DNA of 24,000 nucleotides from Spirabiliibacterium pneumoniae (GTDB lineage Bacteria; Pseudomonadota; Gammaproteobacteria; Enterobacterales; Pasteurellaceae): NCBI RefSeq assembly GCF_014884995.1, contig NZ_JABMII010000004.1, positions 317,504 to 341,503 of the forward strand, read 5' to 3'. Shown piece by piece: positions 23,733 to 24,000 of this stretch (position 1 is its first letter; each line of letters starts with the position of its first letter). The notes under the pieces were generated by a model. It saw only the letters and a program-made list of their open reading frames with translations, ran no database searches and was not told where the DNA came from. The position numbers and the translations under genes were made by a program.

Positions 23733-24000
23733 CTAACGTCGGCTAAGGGGTTGCATTTTAAAGCAAAGATCATGCTCGACCACTTGCAATAAAAAATCAA
23801 TATTAGGATGGGCGCCTGGGCGGCGTTTGGCGTCGTCAACGTGTTCTGCAAATAAAATCAAGCCAGCCTTTGCTGCCGTGCTGTTGAGTTCGGTAAAGCG
23901 CATCGCCAATGTATTGTACACTTTCAGCGAGCCGAGTTTGCCTTCGATTGCGGGAATGCTCAGCACCGTTTCCCCTGTTTTATCCAGCACAATCAAGCCT
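23733..24000 (-). CDS. Hypothetical protein, C-terminal ~88 codons. The ORF continues beyond the right edge.
   Basis: The frame is open to the window edge and ends ...RRPGAHPNIDFLLQVVEHDLCFKMQPLSRR*. Its TAG stop overlaps the yqhD SD, suggesting co-transcription. I do not recognise the family. The M at 23996 in the track is just a TTG inside the ORF. Confidence 0.45.
   Translation of the reverse strand, partial: GLIVLDKTGETVLSIPAIEGKLGSLKVYNTLAMRFTELNSTAAKAGLILFAEHVDDAKRRPGAHPNIDFLLQVVEHDLCFKMQPLSRR

Noticed and set aside
1-24000. CRISPR arrays, tRNA/rRNA genes, toxin-antitoxin pairs and recognisable phage-defence genes
   Set aside because: None was seen. There are no regularly spaced direct repeats, no cloverleaf-like or rRNA-like segments, and every ORF over 100 aa outside the island is assignable to housekeeping or metabolic families.

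Overview
This window looks like chromosomal DNA from a Pasteurellaceae-type, naturally competent bacterium. By eye I count about 50 copies of the Hin-type uptake signal core AAGTGCGGT/ACCGCACTT, many paired into hairpin terminators. Most of the window is GC-rich housekeeping sequence (spot counts about 47-68% GC per 60-nt line). On the minus strand: rpoH (partial), purT, luxS, a YqaB-like HAD phosphatase, an MDR-family oxidoreductase, narP, class I cyaA, an LDH-like dehydrogenase, malQ, yqhD and a partial hypothetical gene. On the plus strand: argF and ridA. Two regions stand out. (1) At 4.5-11.0 kb there is a tightly coupled 7-gene operon homologous to the functionally unassigned E. coli yhfY-yhfX-yhfW-yhfU-yhfT-php-yhfS cluster. 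It has a different gene order and no yhfZ regulator. (2) At 15.9-19.4 kb there is a 3.5-kb low-GC island (spot counts 23-37% GC). It encodes a large TbpB-fold surface lipoprotein and a DUF560/Slam-type outer-membrane translocon. Perfect TTGACA and TATAAT hexamers upstream of the lipoprotein gene are separated by a 17-G homopolymer, which predicts a phase-variable promoter. The island is bracketed by two identical 33-bp USS-hairpin terminators in direct orientation. No integrase, transposase, CRISPR array, rRNA or tRNA gene was seen. All homology calls come from reading the translations, not from database searches. Coordinates read off the sequence may be off by 1-2 nt.
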